Shown here piece after piece: positions 1 to 13,755 of a DNA stretch of 64,000 nt (position 1 is the stretch's first letter; the number at the start of each line of letters is the position of its first letter). The DNA comes from Octopus sinensis (Eukaryota), in contig NC_043001.1 of the NCBI RefSeq assembly GCF_006345805.1, positions 49,414,001 through 49,478,000 on the forward strand. The letters are read 5' to 3'. A program made the position numbers and the translations under genes. The notes under the pieces are model-generated. The model saw only the letters and a program-made list of their open reading frames with translations. It was not told the DNA's origin and searched no databases.

Positions 1-190
1 TGTTATAATCATTGGACTGCGACCATACAGGGGCACCACTTTGAAAGGTTTGACTGAACAAATTGACTTCAATACATTTTTTTTAAGCCTAATATTTATT
101 CTAAGTGTCTCTCTTTTGCCAAACCGATATGTTACGAGACGTAAACAAACCAATACTGGCTGTCATGCGGCGGTTGGAGACAAACACGCA
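1..190 (-). mobile_element. 3' part of SINE family A (degenerate)
   Basis: Reverse complement resembles the 3' half of the SINE copies at 29485-29975 and 33248-33665. Confidence 0.6.
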
Positions 191-332
191 CAACACATAA
201 GACACTCACACACACACTCACTCACTCACACACACACACACACACACACCACACACACAGATATGTTTATTATTCTTAAAAAAGAATATTTTATCAGTGA
301 CTTCGAAGTTTTGGCCAGTTGAGCCAACGTCG

Positions 333-371
<39 letters not shown>

Positions 372-375
372 CATA

Positions 376-1261
376 CAGTACCATGCAAAAGTTTTCAGCC
401 ACTTTAAACTATAGTAAATTTCTACTAATTGCCGACTTGTAAGTGAATGTTTCGCATTGCGTTTTTTCACTGATGAAACATTGGTCCTGTTGGAGTCATT
501 TCCATATCTAATCATTATATTTTGTAGTAGGGGTTCTGAATGAGAGGGGAAGACGCGAGACGACCACCAAAAATGGCCGTGCAAAAGTTTTCGGTCACCT
601 CACATAAACCAATCAAGTTACAGTGTTTTTAAACAGAAAAATGTCTATAATGGAAATTAATTTCTAGAAGTTATTATACATTGTTAATATTTCATGTGGC
701 TTCTCTAAGCTTGAATAATTGCTTCAATATACCTGGGAAGAGATACGTACAATTCGTTCACCATATTCACAGGTATGAGATGCCATTATGTGTGCCTGAG
801 CTCCCACAACTCTTCAAGATTGCGTGGATTCTTCTGACAAACTCTTCTCTTTAGTTCTGTCCACATTTGCTCGATGCTATTTAAGTCAGGGCTCTGAGCT
901 GGCCAATCTTTCAATACAGTAACACCTTCATCAGTCAGACTCTGTTGTATTGTACGCAATCTGAGACATAGAGCTCCGTCATGCTGAAAAAGTCTGGTAT
1001 CAAATTGTCCTATTCAAGTTAGTTGCAATTATAACCAATTTTCTTGGACCATCACATTTTATGTATCCCCAAAGCATCAGACTCTTACCCCAAAACTTCA
1101 GTGTTTTCGTCGTGTAACGTGGGTCGTTTCGCTTTCCTGCAGGCCTTCTGACAAATTCTCGCTTATTAGTAAAAAAACGCAATGCGAAACATTCACTAAC
1201 AAGTTGGTAAGTTGTAGAAATTTAAAATAATTTAAAGTGGCCGAAGACTTTCGCACGGTAC
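376..1261 (-). mobile_element. Internally deleted Tc1-like transposon with long TIRs (IR-DR type)
   Basis: The left end cagtaccatgcaaaagttttcagccactttaa matches the reverse complement of ttaaagtggccgaagactttcgcacggtac (1232-1261), and the homology extends about 100 bp. An inner repeat of the terminal motif lies at about 575-600. The minus strand gives a Tc1 transposase remnant (FVRRPAGKRNDPRYTTKTLK..SLMLWG; FQHDGA; WPAQSPDLNSIEQMW). Confidence 0.8.
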
Positions 1262-1523
1262 ACACACACACACACCCAAACACACAAACACATATATATA
1301 GAGAGAGAGAGAGAGAGGGAGGAAGAGAGAGAAAGAGGCTAAAATATTTCGTTGAAAAAAGCGGGATAAATGTTGGCACATTCACCAAACCGTGATATCT
1401 TTGCCACATACTAATTGGTCAAAATACAGTTCGTAGGATTCAGCCTGATGGGGCCTATCGGAATATATTTAAAGGACAAATTTAATCATCTCACTATCAT
1501 TGTCAATTGTGGAATACGACTGT

Positions 1524-1599
<76 letters not shown>

Positions 1600-2069
1600 A
1601 CTACTACTACTACTACACTACTACTACTACATGCGTAACGCCTGAAAGTACAAGTTTTATCACAATAAATATATAATATTGTAAACTTGTAAAAGTTGTA
1701 AATAGTAAAACGTGAAAACCAGACCAGGTCGGAATTTTATTGATTAATATTCTTCTATACATAACCATACAAATTCATAAGAACGTACACAGTGAATGTA
1801 CTAGGTTGACCCTCAGTTTAAGACGGAAAAAAGAGGTGGGGTGGTGTGTAAGGTTTTGAGCATGACTCTTCATCAGAAAGGGAATAGCGGAAAGGTCCGT
1901 GCCATCTTAAGGCATTAGAACACTGGGCAGTTGCCCTGAAGCTCCGCGGGTCTAGGGACCCAATTCTGATCTATGTCTGTTGTAGCTTGCTGTCAATAAA
2001 TAGATATTACATGGCCCAGTACATTAATGTTCCCAGGGGCCTACTATGCTGCTAAGGTGTCTCTGACGA

Positions 2070-2220
2070 TGATTGTTTTCAGTTTCCATCTCCCAAATCC
2101 ACTCACAAGGCTTTATTTAGTTGACCTGGGTCTATAGTAGAAGACACTTTCCCAAGATGCCACTCAGTGAGACTTAACCCAACATAGTTTGGAGGCAGAG
2201 TCTCAACCATACAACCAGGA
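2070..2220 (-). mobile_element. 5' part of SINE family A (degenerate)
   Basis: tttcagtttcc...aaatccactcacaaggcttt...agaagacactt is the reverse complement of the family A head. Confidence 0.6.
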
Positions 2221-2254
2221 GTATCTGTGGAATACTCAGGTACTTATGCGTTAA

Positions 2255-3043
2255 TTGGAAGACCTCTGCTCGTACTGACACGTGGTGCATCTTTGTTTTG
2301 CAGTGCTTCTCCCTTTTTAGTCAATTTTTGCGATTACTGAAACGAAGGAACAGCGTGCTTCTGTGAGCTTCTGTTTTCTGCTGGAGAAAACGGCAGCCGA
2401 AACAACTGTCATGCCTCCAACAGCTTACAAGGACGCTGCCATGAACAAAATACAAGTTTACAAGTGGTTTACACGTTTTAAGAATGGTCACTTATCGCTT
2501 GAAGATCAACCTCGTTCAGAGGAACCATCGACCTCCTAAAGAAATGAAAACATCATGAAAATTCCTGAGCTGATCTTGGAGGACAGTCACTGAAAAATTG
2601 ACGAACTTGTTGATATGACTGGTGTGCCCTGGAGCTCCTATCAACGAATTTTGAGCGAGGAATTGTAAATGAAAAGAGTTGCAGCAAAATTTGTGCCTCT
2701 CTTGCTCACGGAAGATCAAAAGCAGTCACGACTGAATGCTTGTTGTGAACTGAAAGGACAGCTGGAAGTCGATCCGGACCTGTTTTCAAAGGTCATCATT
2801 GGTGACGAAAACTGGTCCTACAGAATTTGGAGATGTGGAAGAGGTGAAGAAAAAAACGACAGAGGCATTAAAAGGCATCACTTCGAGGAATTTCCAGCAC
2901 TGCTTCAAAAAGTGGAAAATGCATCTGGACCAATGAATTGCTTCAAATGAAGAATACTTTGAAGGCGATAAAAGTGTAGAGATGTAAAACTAAATGAATA
3001 AAATAATATTGCAAAATTCTGGTTTCTTTTGGGTACCCCCTCG
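2255..3043 (+). mobile_element. Degenerate, internally deleted mariner transposon
   Basis: Transposase remnants EQRASV..CFLLEKTAAET..QVYKWFTRFKNG and MKRVAAKFVPLLLTEDQKQSRL..VIIGDENW. The right end ggtaccccctcg is followed by TA, a typical mariner terminus. Confidence 0.8.
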
Positions 3044-3439
3044 TATGTAGGTGTGTGTGTGTGTATGTATATATGTATGTATGTATATACGAGGAGTATT
3101 TGTGTATCTCGTATGTATGTATGTATGTATGTATGTATGTATGTATGTATGTATGTATGTATGTATGTATGTATGTATGTATGTATGTATGTATGTATGT
3201 ATGTATGTATGTCAGTTATTATTCAGTTTTATTTCAAGATTTCTTGCCAATAAAGAAAGAGCTGGTTTCTAACCAAGATTCAAGGCTCCTTCATCGGGGT
3301 TTCAACAACAGCGTATTTGAGCATGTATCCGTGTATATGTTCCGTATTTGGAGTCAGTGCCTATGTAGGTTTGAATGTTTTCTTCTATGTATGTATTTTC
3401 GTGCACTTATTTGCACGTCTAGACATGCGCGTATACACT

Positions 3440-3890
3440 TAAATGCTAAACTTCTAGAAAGTTTTACAGATTTTTACAGTTTCGTTGATGACTTGGATCC
3501 GTATTTTTTCGAATCAGCTTTTTGCTTTCTGGTTTTGAGAAGCCTAATTTCTCAAGATTGATATTTAGGCAGTGTGTTACATTACCCAGTGTTCCAATAA
3601 TTACAAATATAAATCTGAAAGTGTAACTCGGGTAGAGTAACTGTAGATTTCTCAGTAATTAATCGTAGGTGTTTTCTTTTTCACTAATCTTTAGCTTTAT
3701 ATTTACATCTGCTGGGCAGCTGATTTCCACGACTGTACACAGTTTCTCTTCTCTGTCTTAAATCACTGTCTGGTCCATTATTTTGCATTTTATTGAAGTT
3801 TTCTCTGAGACATTCCACCAATACTCCTCATTATGAGACGTTTTGGTCTCTACCATATTGTGGGTTATTGTTTCTTTGGTCTCATGATTA
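3440..3890 (-). pseudogene. R4/Dong-clade non-LTR retrotransposon 3' relic (restriction-like endonuclease)
   Basis: Minus strand reads EYWWNVS..GPDSVI*DREEKLCTVVEISCPADVNIKLKISEKENTY..LLRNLQLLYP..IIGTLG, with stops. It is homologous to the relic at 56800-57480. Confidence 0.65.
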
Positions 3891-3970
3891 TCCTTCGCTT
3901 TTCTCATCGTGGCTTAAACTGTAGAGGCTAACACAGTTTCCAGTCAGTGAGTTGTGACCATACAGTGCTG

Positions 3971-4113
3971 CACTAGCGCAGCTAGGGTCGGTAGGGGCAC
4001 TTTTAAAAGGGTGGTACTTTTGGGTCTGCTGTAGGCAATATGTTTTTTGTGGTGTCCCGGGGCGGCAAACGGAAGGGCCGCCTCGTGTGGCACACACCCT
4101 AGCTACGCTAGTG
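3971..4113. mobile_element. Short MITE, possibly hAT-type
   Basis: 17-bp TIRs cactagcgcagctaggg / ccctagctacgctagtg. The flanking 8-mers cagtgctg and ctatgctg match at 6/8 positions, a possible decayed 8-bp TSD. Confidence 0.55.
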
Positions 4114-4358
4114 CTATGCTGGGATACATTAAAAAATGTAACTCGTATATTTTTATACTACTTCTATCTAAATTTTATTTATTTCAAATTTTCACACATA
4201 TAAACACTAGACTGTCACTTACATACCTTTGTATTTTCACTTCATGAGTGTTTACTGTTCATATCCTTACTATTTCGGTGCTGTGCATTTTTCAGCCGGC
4301 AAAACATTTCTGTCTAAACATTATACCTTTTTCTATGTTCTTTTTTTTCTTTACGCAG

Positions 4359-4711
4359 ATCCATTTGTGAAGGTAACTCTGACCATCAATGACAAGATCA
4401 TGAAATGTAAGAAAACTACCTGTAAAAAAAATACAATTGACCCAGTTTTCAATGAGTCGATCAACTTCAATGTATCGCCTCGTCAGCTGGCGAATGCAAG
4501 TCTAGTTGTGTCCGTGTGGGATTATAACTCGAAGAGCAAGGACGATTTCGTTGGACGTATTGTTCTCGGTAAGATGGCTACAGGTCCGCATGAAATTACG
4601 CATTGGTCTCGTATGGTACAGTCACAGCGTTCGGCCATCGCTCAGTGGCATTCACTGCGCACGCGCCAAGAATGTGATGCCGTCTCAGCTGCATCAATTG
4701 CTGTCCCTTGA
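4359..4711 (+). CDS. SYT17: Terminal coding exon of a synaptotagmin-17-like (B/K) gene, C2B domain
   Basis: A polypyrimidine tract and cag acceptor end at 4358. The exon reads DPFVKVTL..KKTTCKKNTIDPVFNES..ASLVVSVWDYNSKSKDDFVGRIVLG..HWSRMVQSQRSAIAQWHSLRTRQECDAVSAASIAVP*. The tail closely resembles vertebrate SYT17 as I recall it (QWHSLRSRAECDRVSPASL). Upstream exons lie before the window. Confidence 0.85.
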
Positions 4712-5407
4712 GACTTAGAAGACATTGAAACTGTTTGTAATTGCACGTCCAGAAATCATACTGATATATATAAACACAAATAGACTAAAACACACACATG
4801 CATATATACATGCACTCTCTCTTTTTCTCTCTCCTTCACCTTCTCTCTCTCTCTCTCACTCTCTCTCTCTCTCTCACTCTCTCTCTCTCTCTGCTTAAGC
4901 TATCTTAATAATATATGGCACTAAGGACATACCCATCAAACAACTACTAAAACTATCACCTATACCTCAAAAGAGCAGTAACACGGTCATTAAAACTATC
5001 ACTTATACAACACCATTAAAGTAACCTCTAAAACTATGACCAATACAATAACAGAACTACTACACCAACTCAATCGCCAAACTACCACCTATAGAACACT
5101 AAAGCATCACCATTAACACGGTCATTAAGACTACAACATCACTACTAAAACTACCGCCTACACAATGACTGAACTACTACTATATAGTAACACAACTACT
5201 AATACTGTCACCTACGCAATAACGTTGCAACACCACTAGTACAGTTAATCCAACCTATACAACAGAACAACTACAGCACTGACTGCAACACTACTTCCCT
5301 CCACACCCACAACACCAATACCTCTACTTCTAACACCACCACCACCACCACCACTGCTGCTGCTACTACCACCACTACTACTACTACAACAACAACTACT
5401 GCTGCTG

Positions 5408-5444
<37 letters not shown>

Positions 5445-5949
5445 CACTACTGTCAGCAACAACAATAACAGCAAATATAACATGTATAATCAACACCATA
5501 GTAGTATGAGCAACTTCAAAAATGTGTGTCAATATATATTTCAATGTTTGTGAGACCTTCTTGCTCTCCCCCTCCTCCCCACTCTAGTTAGCCCTCACCT
5601 ATCTAGTCTCCCTACATTCATATGTTGAGTTAGCTCCTCCTTGCTGTAGTTATCTAAACTCTCCTTTTAATATATTCAGAATGAATCTCGTATCCTGTAT
5701 TTCCCTGTATTTATATTCCTTGTGGCTTTCTCAATCTGTTGGTCACACAAAAGCTGAAACGTGGGCAGGTATTTTACCTGCCAAAATATATGGTCAGTCA
5801 TTTCATTTGCCAAAGATAACAAAGCACTCCCTAAATACCCTGCAGTCTTAAAAATCTCAAATAGCAAAAAGATATAAGCTATAATCAGGCTTTTCCCTAA
5901 ACATGTAAATCAACCTTAAGAGATTGCTTCTTAATTTCTTGCAATTATA

Positions 5950-6150
5950 AGGTGGCAAGCTGGCAAAATCGTTAGCACGCCAGGCAAAATGCTTAGTGGC
6001 ATTTCGTCTGTCTGCACATTCTGGGTTCAAATTGTTTTTCATCATTTTGAGGGCTCAATAAATTAAGTACCAATTGACCACTGAGGTCAATGTAATCGGC
6101 TAGCACCCCCCCCCCAAAATTCCTGGCCTTGTGTCAAAATTTGAAACCAA
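5950..6150 (+). mobile_element. SINE family B copy
   Basis: ggtggcaagctggcaaaatcgttagcacgcc... matches the copies at 35870 and 41237. Confidence 0.7.
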
Positions 6151-8051
6151 TTTCATGCAATTATCTCCCCTTTTTCTTTGAGAGTCACTAACTATTGCTG
6201 TCAGAATATTCTTTTCTGTGCCCGACTAAGAGGGAAATTTTCCAATAATTAAGAGCTTTTGGTATATGACATACTGCATTAATACATCACTCCTAAAGTT
6301 ATTAGTCTTAGATACATTATATCTAAATAAAATAGGATGGTCACAGGTGAAAACTTTTGATCATAGGATTGTTTGATCAGGACTGACCTGGGACTAATTA
6401 ACTACAATTTCCTCCCTGGATATTATTTCTGTCTCCTCTCTGTTAATTGCATTGCTTGTTCATTGCTTCTGCCTCAGCTCTTTTAATTCATTAGTGGCAT
6501 TACTGTTTACTTGATACTAACACCAGATCATTTTAACTGTTTCACATCTCATAGAATTAACACCATTCCTTCACTCACCACACTTAATTCAAAATGGTGG
6601 TTATGTTGCTGTTTGTTCATTTCTACTCCTAGTTTATTCAACTTTGGTCACAAGTTGGTGAGAGAGAACTTCTTTATTGTCATTTGACTTGTTCAATATA
6701 ATCATCCGAAATGTCCTTTCACAAACTCCCTTCCATAAGTTTTAAGCCCTAAATATCAAAACAACATATGGTGAGGATATAAGAATGAAAAAATGGCAAA
6801 AAAGAAAAACCAAAAAACAAAACAGCAAAGGAATCAAACAAGACTGCAACTCAGTTTCAAACATGGATAGAAAATTGTTCACATTACTTACACTGCTAAT
6901 ATTCTTGTGAAATGCATGAATGTCTTAACTTCATATTTACTGGCTACTCAAAGATATAAAGCTTTTGTTCTAGCAAAAAGAAAATAATACTCTCATAGCA
7001 TATGATGAGTGACGTAGAGAAGAAGATAAAATACACATTTCGTGACTATACAATGCAGGTTCTATCGGTGGTTGAGAAATATTTTACGCTATTTCATAAA
7101 TCTTTTACATTTTTGGAAAAAGCACAATTTTGTCTCCTCAGCCAAAAAAGAAATCAATTTTACAACAGCAACTTTTACACTTAAAAAGCAGGATGACATA
7201 AAGAATAAAGAATAAACTATGAGAAAACTAAAGAAAATTTGACCCAAATTCATTTGACTTCTGCTAAGCATGAAATAATCTTTGATTGTTGGGTCTTAGA
7301 TTGCTCTTGGATTACTTGTTTAACCACCTCCACGGACATGTGTCATGTATTCCAAGCAGAAATAAGTGAAGGAACCTAACACGAATAACAACAACATCAA
7401 CAAAAATACGAGGCCAGTCAAGTTACAAAATATTTTCTCATTCTGAGAGGTTATTCAGCTACAACCTGTTTTATTAGTAAACATGTTCATAAGATTTTTT
7501 TCCTTGATTCTAGCTCCAGGCTGTCTCTGGTGCATGGTGAAATACACCAGTTGTTCAGCAGTGATAAGTGCATTTAAAAACATATTTTCATTTTAAAACT
7601 GCATTTACCAATTGCTGGAAATATATTTATTTATTTTCTTATTTATTTTTTTACTTTGGCATAAGACCAAGAAACATGCAGGGCAAGTGTAATGATGGTT
7701 CTGATTACCCATTACCTTTATGTGGGTAGAATTCTATTTTATTAGTTCTGGAGAAAAGAAAAGTAAAGCAGACCCTATTAGGAATTGAACTCACAAATCA
7801 CAATGTTATTACTAAATTATGTAAATACTTTGGTTTGTTGGTTTACTGAATGATATATTTGTCTCACCACTGCTTTTCATCTCACAGAAGGAAAAAAGCT
7901 GAAGCAAAAGATTCACATACATACATATACATACATACATATATGTACGTACATGCCTATATATATACATGAATATACATACATATATATATGTATATAT
8001 ATATATCAATTATATATATAATATATATGCTATATATATGTACATATATAC

Positions 8052-8085
<34 letters not shown>

Positions 8086-9038
8086 GCCTATCTATCTATC
8101 ACTTTCGCTCTCTTTCTCTCTCTATATATATATATATGTATATATATCATATATATATATATATATATATACATATATATATAATATATATATATATACA
8201 TACATATATACATACATATATATATATATGTGTGTGTGTGTGTGTATGTGTGTGTGTGTGTTAACGAAAGTAGCTGTACGCAAAATAAAACCAAAAAGGA
8301 AAAAATCCATTGTCACTAACTGTGACTAAAGGTGAAGGGTAACACCTACATTGCTAGAAGTAAGAGTTAAAAAACCTTAGAGCCGCAAGGAAATATTTTC
8401 CATACACTGACAGGGGATATAACCACCCCACAGCGAACAAGATCACTATACTAGTCTAGTTTCGCTTAAAATTAAAGCTTATATATATATATATAAGCAT
8501 ATACTCATTCATATACATGTTTATATGTATAATCTCATAGTATTTCTATGGTATGTATATGTGGTGTGTATATTCTCAAAACATCTGTAAAAAGAAAACA
8601 AAACGACTAATCAGATGCCACAGAGGGATCTTGAATATATATCTTACATCAACAGATAATATTAGCTATTCAAAAATCATCAGAAGAATAGTTTCCTTAG
8701 TTCCACAGAAAATATTTCGTGCTACCATCTAAACAGCGTATGCGTGTGTGTGTATTCTCGTGTGCGTATGTGTGTGCGCGCATGTGAGTGTGCATCTGTG
8801 TGTATGCGATCATTGATTGATTACTAAGAGAGTCTAAAGAGTGTACCCTTTTCCCTACACTATCTTGAAGAACGATGTATTTTATATTACTATCACTGTC
8901 ATTTTAAGTCATGACAGAAAACCTATTTTATTACAATCTACAATAATTACTTATTTATATATAAGACATATATTTATACATAGTTATAATATATAATACA
9001 TATGTTTATTTAAATAAATTCATATATAATACATATAC

Positions 9039-9073
<35 letters not shown>

Positions 9074-9100
9074 TATATACATATATACATATATATATAT

Positions 9101-9114
<14 letters not shown>

Positions 9115-9174
<60 letters not shown>

Positions 9175-10556
9175 ATCAAAATAAGCAACAAGAATGACTC
9201 CGGTAGTTTGGTACGATCGTTTCGTACTACATCGTACCAAATTACGGGAGTCATTCCTGTTGCTTATTTTGATTATAATCACCCCACGGATTTTTATGGA
9301 TAACACCATACAAAATTCTGGTGCATCTAAATTAAGTACCATATTCATTTGAATCTAAATTTTTGCTGAACTTATATATATATATATATATATAAATTAC
9401 AAAGAGAGATACAATTGACAATCCAATAATTTATTATATTACAATATATCATAAAATACTATGAATATAATATAACATAATATAACATAAACAATTATTA
9501 AAACATCAAAAAGCCAACATTTTGTTTCGACTTATATTACATTTTGTTATTTATACATAATCCCCTTATATATAAGTCTCACCAGAGCCAGAGTTTAAAG
9601 ATAGACGAAATTTCACGTGAAAGGACGGCTGGACTGTAAAAAATTAATTCAAATGCCTATAGGGTATTTAAGTTATAGTGTTTACACCCATGAGTTTATT
9701 TTCATATTTATTACGGAATTCTCCTTACGATAAATTAAGTATACAAAGAAAATTTTTTTATCAGGTTTCTATTCATATTTATTACAGAATTATCCCTCCG
9801 ATAAACAATAACTACAGAACATTCCTATTATTTACTTTTAACAATATATTTTTATATCAAAAACTATAAAATAAATAGAAGAGTTATATATTAAAGATAT
9901 AATTATCATTTATATTTTTTAACGTTTTATACGGTTCTAGATAAAGCAAGACCCTGATAATTATATACGCATATATATTATTGTTGTATGTTATAATAGC
10001 GAAAGATTCTCTTGGACATAAACGAGTTCGGATCAATATCATTTGAGATAAATAGAAATACATTTTGATAGTTGTAAATTACACTTACTTTATATTTTTG
10101 TTCGTTAAAATTTTTTGTTGTTTTTAGTTATTAATATGTAATTGAATAGCTAATGTTCACGCTCATAAAACATAGGCATTTGAATTAATTTGTTTATATA
10201 TAAGAAAATGTATATAAGTCGAAACAAATTGTTGGCCTTTTGATGTTTTAATAATTGTTTATGTTATCTTATATTATGCTATATTTTAGTCATACTATAT
10301 TATAATACTAGCAGAGATACCCGGCCTTGCTCGGGATTAAAATGGCATAATTTTTTTTATTGTTTTACTTCTTTCAGTAATGTGACTGTGACCATGCTGG
10401 AGCACCACCTTTGGTCGAAAAAATCGACCACAGGATTTATTCTTTGTAAATCTAGTACTTATTTTACCAGTGTCTTTTGCCGAAGCGCTAAGTTATGGGA
10501 ATGTAAACACAGCAACATCGGTTGTCAAGCAATGGTCGGGGTACAAATACAAACAA

Positions 10557-10610
<54 letters not shown>

Positions 10611-12005
10611 TATATATATAATCAAAATAAGCAACAAGAATGACTCCGGTAGTTTGGTACGATCGTTTCGTACTACATCGTACCAAATTACGGGAGTCAT
10701 TCCTGTTGCTTATTTTGATTATAATCACCCCACGGATTTTTATGGATAACACCATACAAAATTCTGGTGCATCTAAATTAAGTACCATATTCATTTGAAT
10801 CTAAATTTTTGCTGAACTTATATATATATATATATATATAAATTACAAAGAGAGATACAATGACAATCCAATAATTTATTATATTACAATATATCATAAA
10901 ATACTATGAATATAATATAACATAATATAACATAAACAATTATTAAAACATCAAAAAGCCAACATTTTGTTTCGACTTATATTACATTTTGTTATTTATA
11001 CATAATCCCCTATATATAAGTCTCACCAGAGCCAGAGTTTAAAGATAGACGAAATTTCACGTGAAAGGACGGCTGGACTGTAAAAAATTAATTCAAATGC
11101 CTATAGGGTATTTAAGTTATAGTGTTTACACCCATGAGTTTATTTTCATATTTATTACGGAATTCTCCTTACGATAAATTAAGTATACAAAGAAAATTTT
11201 TTTATCAGGTTTCTATTCATATTTATTACAGAATTATCCCTCCGATAAACAATAACTACAGAACATTCCTATTATTTACTTTTAACAATATATTTTTATA
11301 TCAAAAACTATAAAATAAATAGAAGAGTTATATATTAAAGATATAATTATCATTTATATTTTTTAACGTTTTATACGGTTCTAGATAAAGCAAGACCCTG
11401 ATAATTATATACGCATATATATTATTGTTGTATGTTATAATAGCGAAAGATTCTCTTGGACATAAACGAGTTCGGATCAATATCATTTGAGATAAATAGA
11501 AATACATTTTGATAGTTGTAAATTACACTTACTTTATATTTTTGTTCGTTAAAATTTTTTGTTGTTTTTAGTTATTAATATGTAATTGAATAGCTAATGT
11601 TCACGCTCATAAAACATAGGCATTTGAATTAATTTGTTTATATATAAGAAAATGTATATAAGTCGAAACAAATTGTTGGCCTTTTGATGTTTTAATAATT
11701 GTTTATGTTATCTTATATTATGCTATATTTTAGTCATACTATATTATAATACTAGCAGAGATACCCGGCCTTGCTCGGGATTAAAATGGCATAATTTTTT
11801 TTATTGTTTTACTTCTTTCAGTAATGTGACTGTGACCATGCTGGAGCACCACCTTTGGTCGAAAAAATCGACCACAGGATTTATTCTTTGTAAATCTAGT
11901 ACTTATTTTACCAGTGTCTTTTGCCGAAGCGCTAAGTTATGGGAATGTAAACACAGCAACATCGGTTGTCAAGCAATGGTCGGGGTACAAATACAAACAA
12001 ACACA
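9115..12005. repeat. Near-identical tandem duplication, unit about 1444-1446 bp
   Basis: Identical ORFs at 9678/11122 and matching ORF starts at 10382/11826 (offset 1444). Breakpoints lie in (CA)n/(TA)n tracts. Confidence 0.9.
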
Positions 12006-12315
12006 CACACACACACACACGCACACACACATATATATATAAATACATACATACATATGCATACGGAAACTGTAAGAGATAAGAGATCGCTCCCGGCTCG
12101 CATTAGGCAAGAAGTTGAAAATTTTTTTGGCCCATGACACTGCATGGACCCTTAGTAAGGCATGTGTACAATTTAAATGAAATCTGTTGGGTAGTTCTCG
12201 AGTTTTAGTGATGCACACATACAGACAGACACACATTCTCAGTTTTATATATATAGATAAATAAATTAATGGATTGTCAATTGTATCTCTCTATTTAATT
12301 TTATCTTTGTAATTT
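10840..12315. mobile_element. AT-rich long-TIR MITE or foldback element, interrupted by a Helitron
   Basis: The left arm aattacaaagagagatacaa..gacaatcc..aaacaattattaaaacatcaaaa..tgtttcgacttata..aattcaaatgcctat is inverted at about 11615-11750 and 12260-12315. Confidence 0.7.
11752..12257 (-). mobile_element. Non-autonomous Helitron containing a SINE fragment
   Basis: Minus strand reads A|TCTATATATATAAAA...(ctgt)-type repeat...hairpin cccgagcaaggccggg + CTAG|T. This gives canonical 5'-TC and 3'-CTAG ends, an A|T insertion site and no TSD. A truncated duplicate starts at 10308. Confidence 0.8.
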
Positions 12316-12619
12316 GCTTTATACCCATATTTATATGGTATTCAACTGAAGTACCAGTGAACTGGATGTTTCATACACCCCTTTGAAGGAATTATTTTCC
12401 TTAGTTTGTTAATCTATCTATCTATCTATATATATATATATATGTGTGTGTGCGTGTGTGTGTGTGTGTGTCTGTGTGTCTGTGTGTGTCTGTGTGTGTG
12501 TGTATGTACGTATGTATGTATAAACCTGCCTTCGTCTTTTGTCTATTTTCATAAGCTTCCCGTTATATGTATGTATAATATTTTATAAATAAACATATTT
12601 GTATATCATAGATATAATA

Positions 12620-12650
<31 letters not shown>

Positions 12651-13594
12651 TCAATTATATATCTAATGACAAAAATACATCTATATTTATATATATAAAT
12701 ATATTTAAATATATATACATATACATATACACACATACATATACACACACATACACACACACGCACGCACACACACACATATACCACACACACACATATA
12801 CCACACACACACACACACACACAAATATATAGTCTAAGAAAGTCAAATATGTTTTTCTCATAATTGCCATCTCTGAAGTGTATTTGATGTTATATAACCA
12901 TGCTGTTATCAAATATCCAGTTATTTTATACCCAGTGTGAAACATATCCCTAAGATTATTTGAAATGTTTGTCTAATATTGAATACTCATATATATATAT
13001 ATATATATATGTCTGTATATGTATTCTATTATTTATAAAGGTGAGACGATATTACTTACCACAGAAAATAATTATTACTACTAATTTTATTAGTACTAAA
13101 AGACAAAACTGAACTCATTATAGTGTCTTACAATATCAAGTTTTTAATAGGACATGACTTTTAGAACCTGGTCCATAAAACTTAAAATATCAAGCTTTCC
13201 TTTCTGTATCAACCAACCAACCAACCAACCATACAAGCCAACAAGGAAGTTACAAAGTAGTTGCTCATTCAACTAGAAATAGCTGCCAAATTTTCCTTTA
13301 ATCATATGCTTTCATTTTATCTGCCTGAGACATCTTTAATTACAGGTCTGGTCAACCTGCACTGCTCTGATGTCTGAAGAACAACAGCAAGTGGTACCCA
13401 CAAATATTTCAATAATAGCAACAACAACAACAACAATGATGATGATGATGACTATGATGATGATGCTTTGTAACTTAGGCACAAGGTTATCAAATTGAGC
13501 AAGGACATTAGTTTATACTAGCAACGATGTTTTATTCTATAATCCAAAAAGGATGAGAGGCAAAGTTGAATCTTTAGTGGGATTTGAATCCAGA

Positions 13595-13619
13595 ATAATA
13601 ATAATAATAATAATAATAA

Positions 13620-13660
<41 letters not shown>

Positions 13661-13698
13661 AAATAAAAATCATAATAATAATAATGATAATAATAATG

Positions 13699-13755
<57 letters not shown>

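Noticed and set aside
3029-3561. ORFs rich in YI, CV, MYVC, HT or poly-I/L/H here and throughout the window
   Set aside because: They are translations of (TA)n, (TG)n, (TATG)n and triplet microsatellites that happen to lack stop codons, with no domain signal.
4229-4358. N-terminal extension of the synaptotagmin ORF
   Set aside because: It is intron sequence (polypyrimidine tract); homology starts at the acceptor at 4359.
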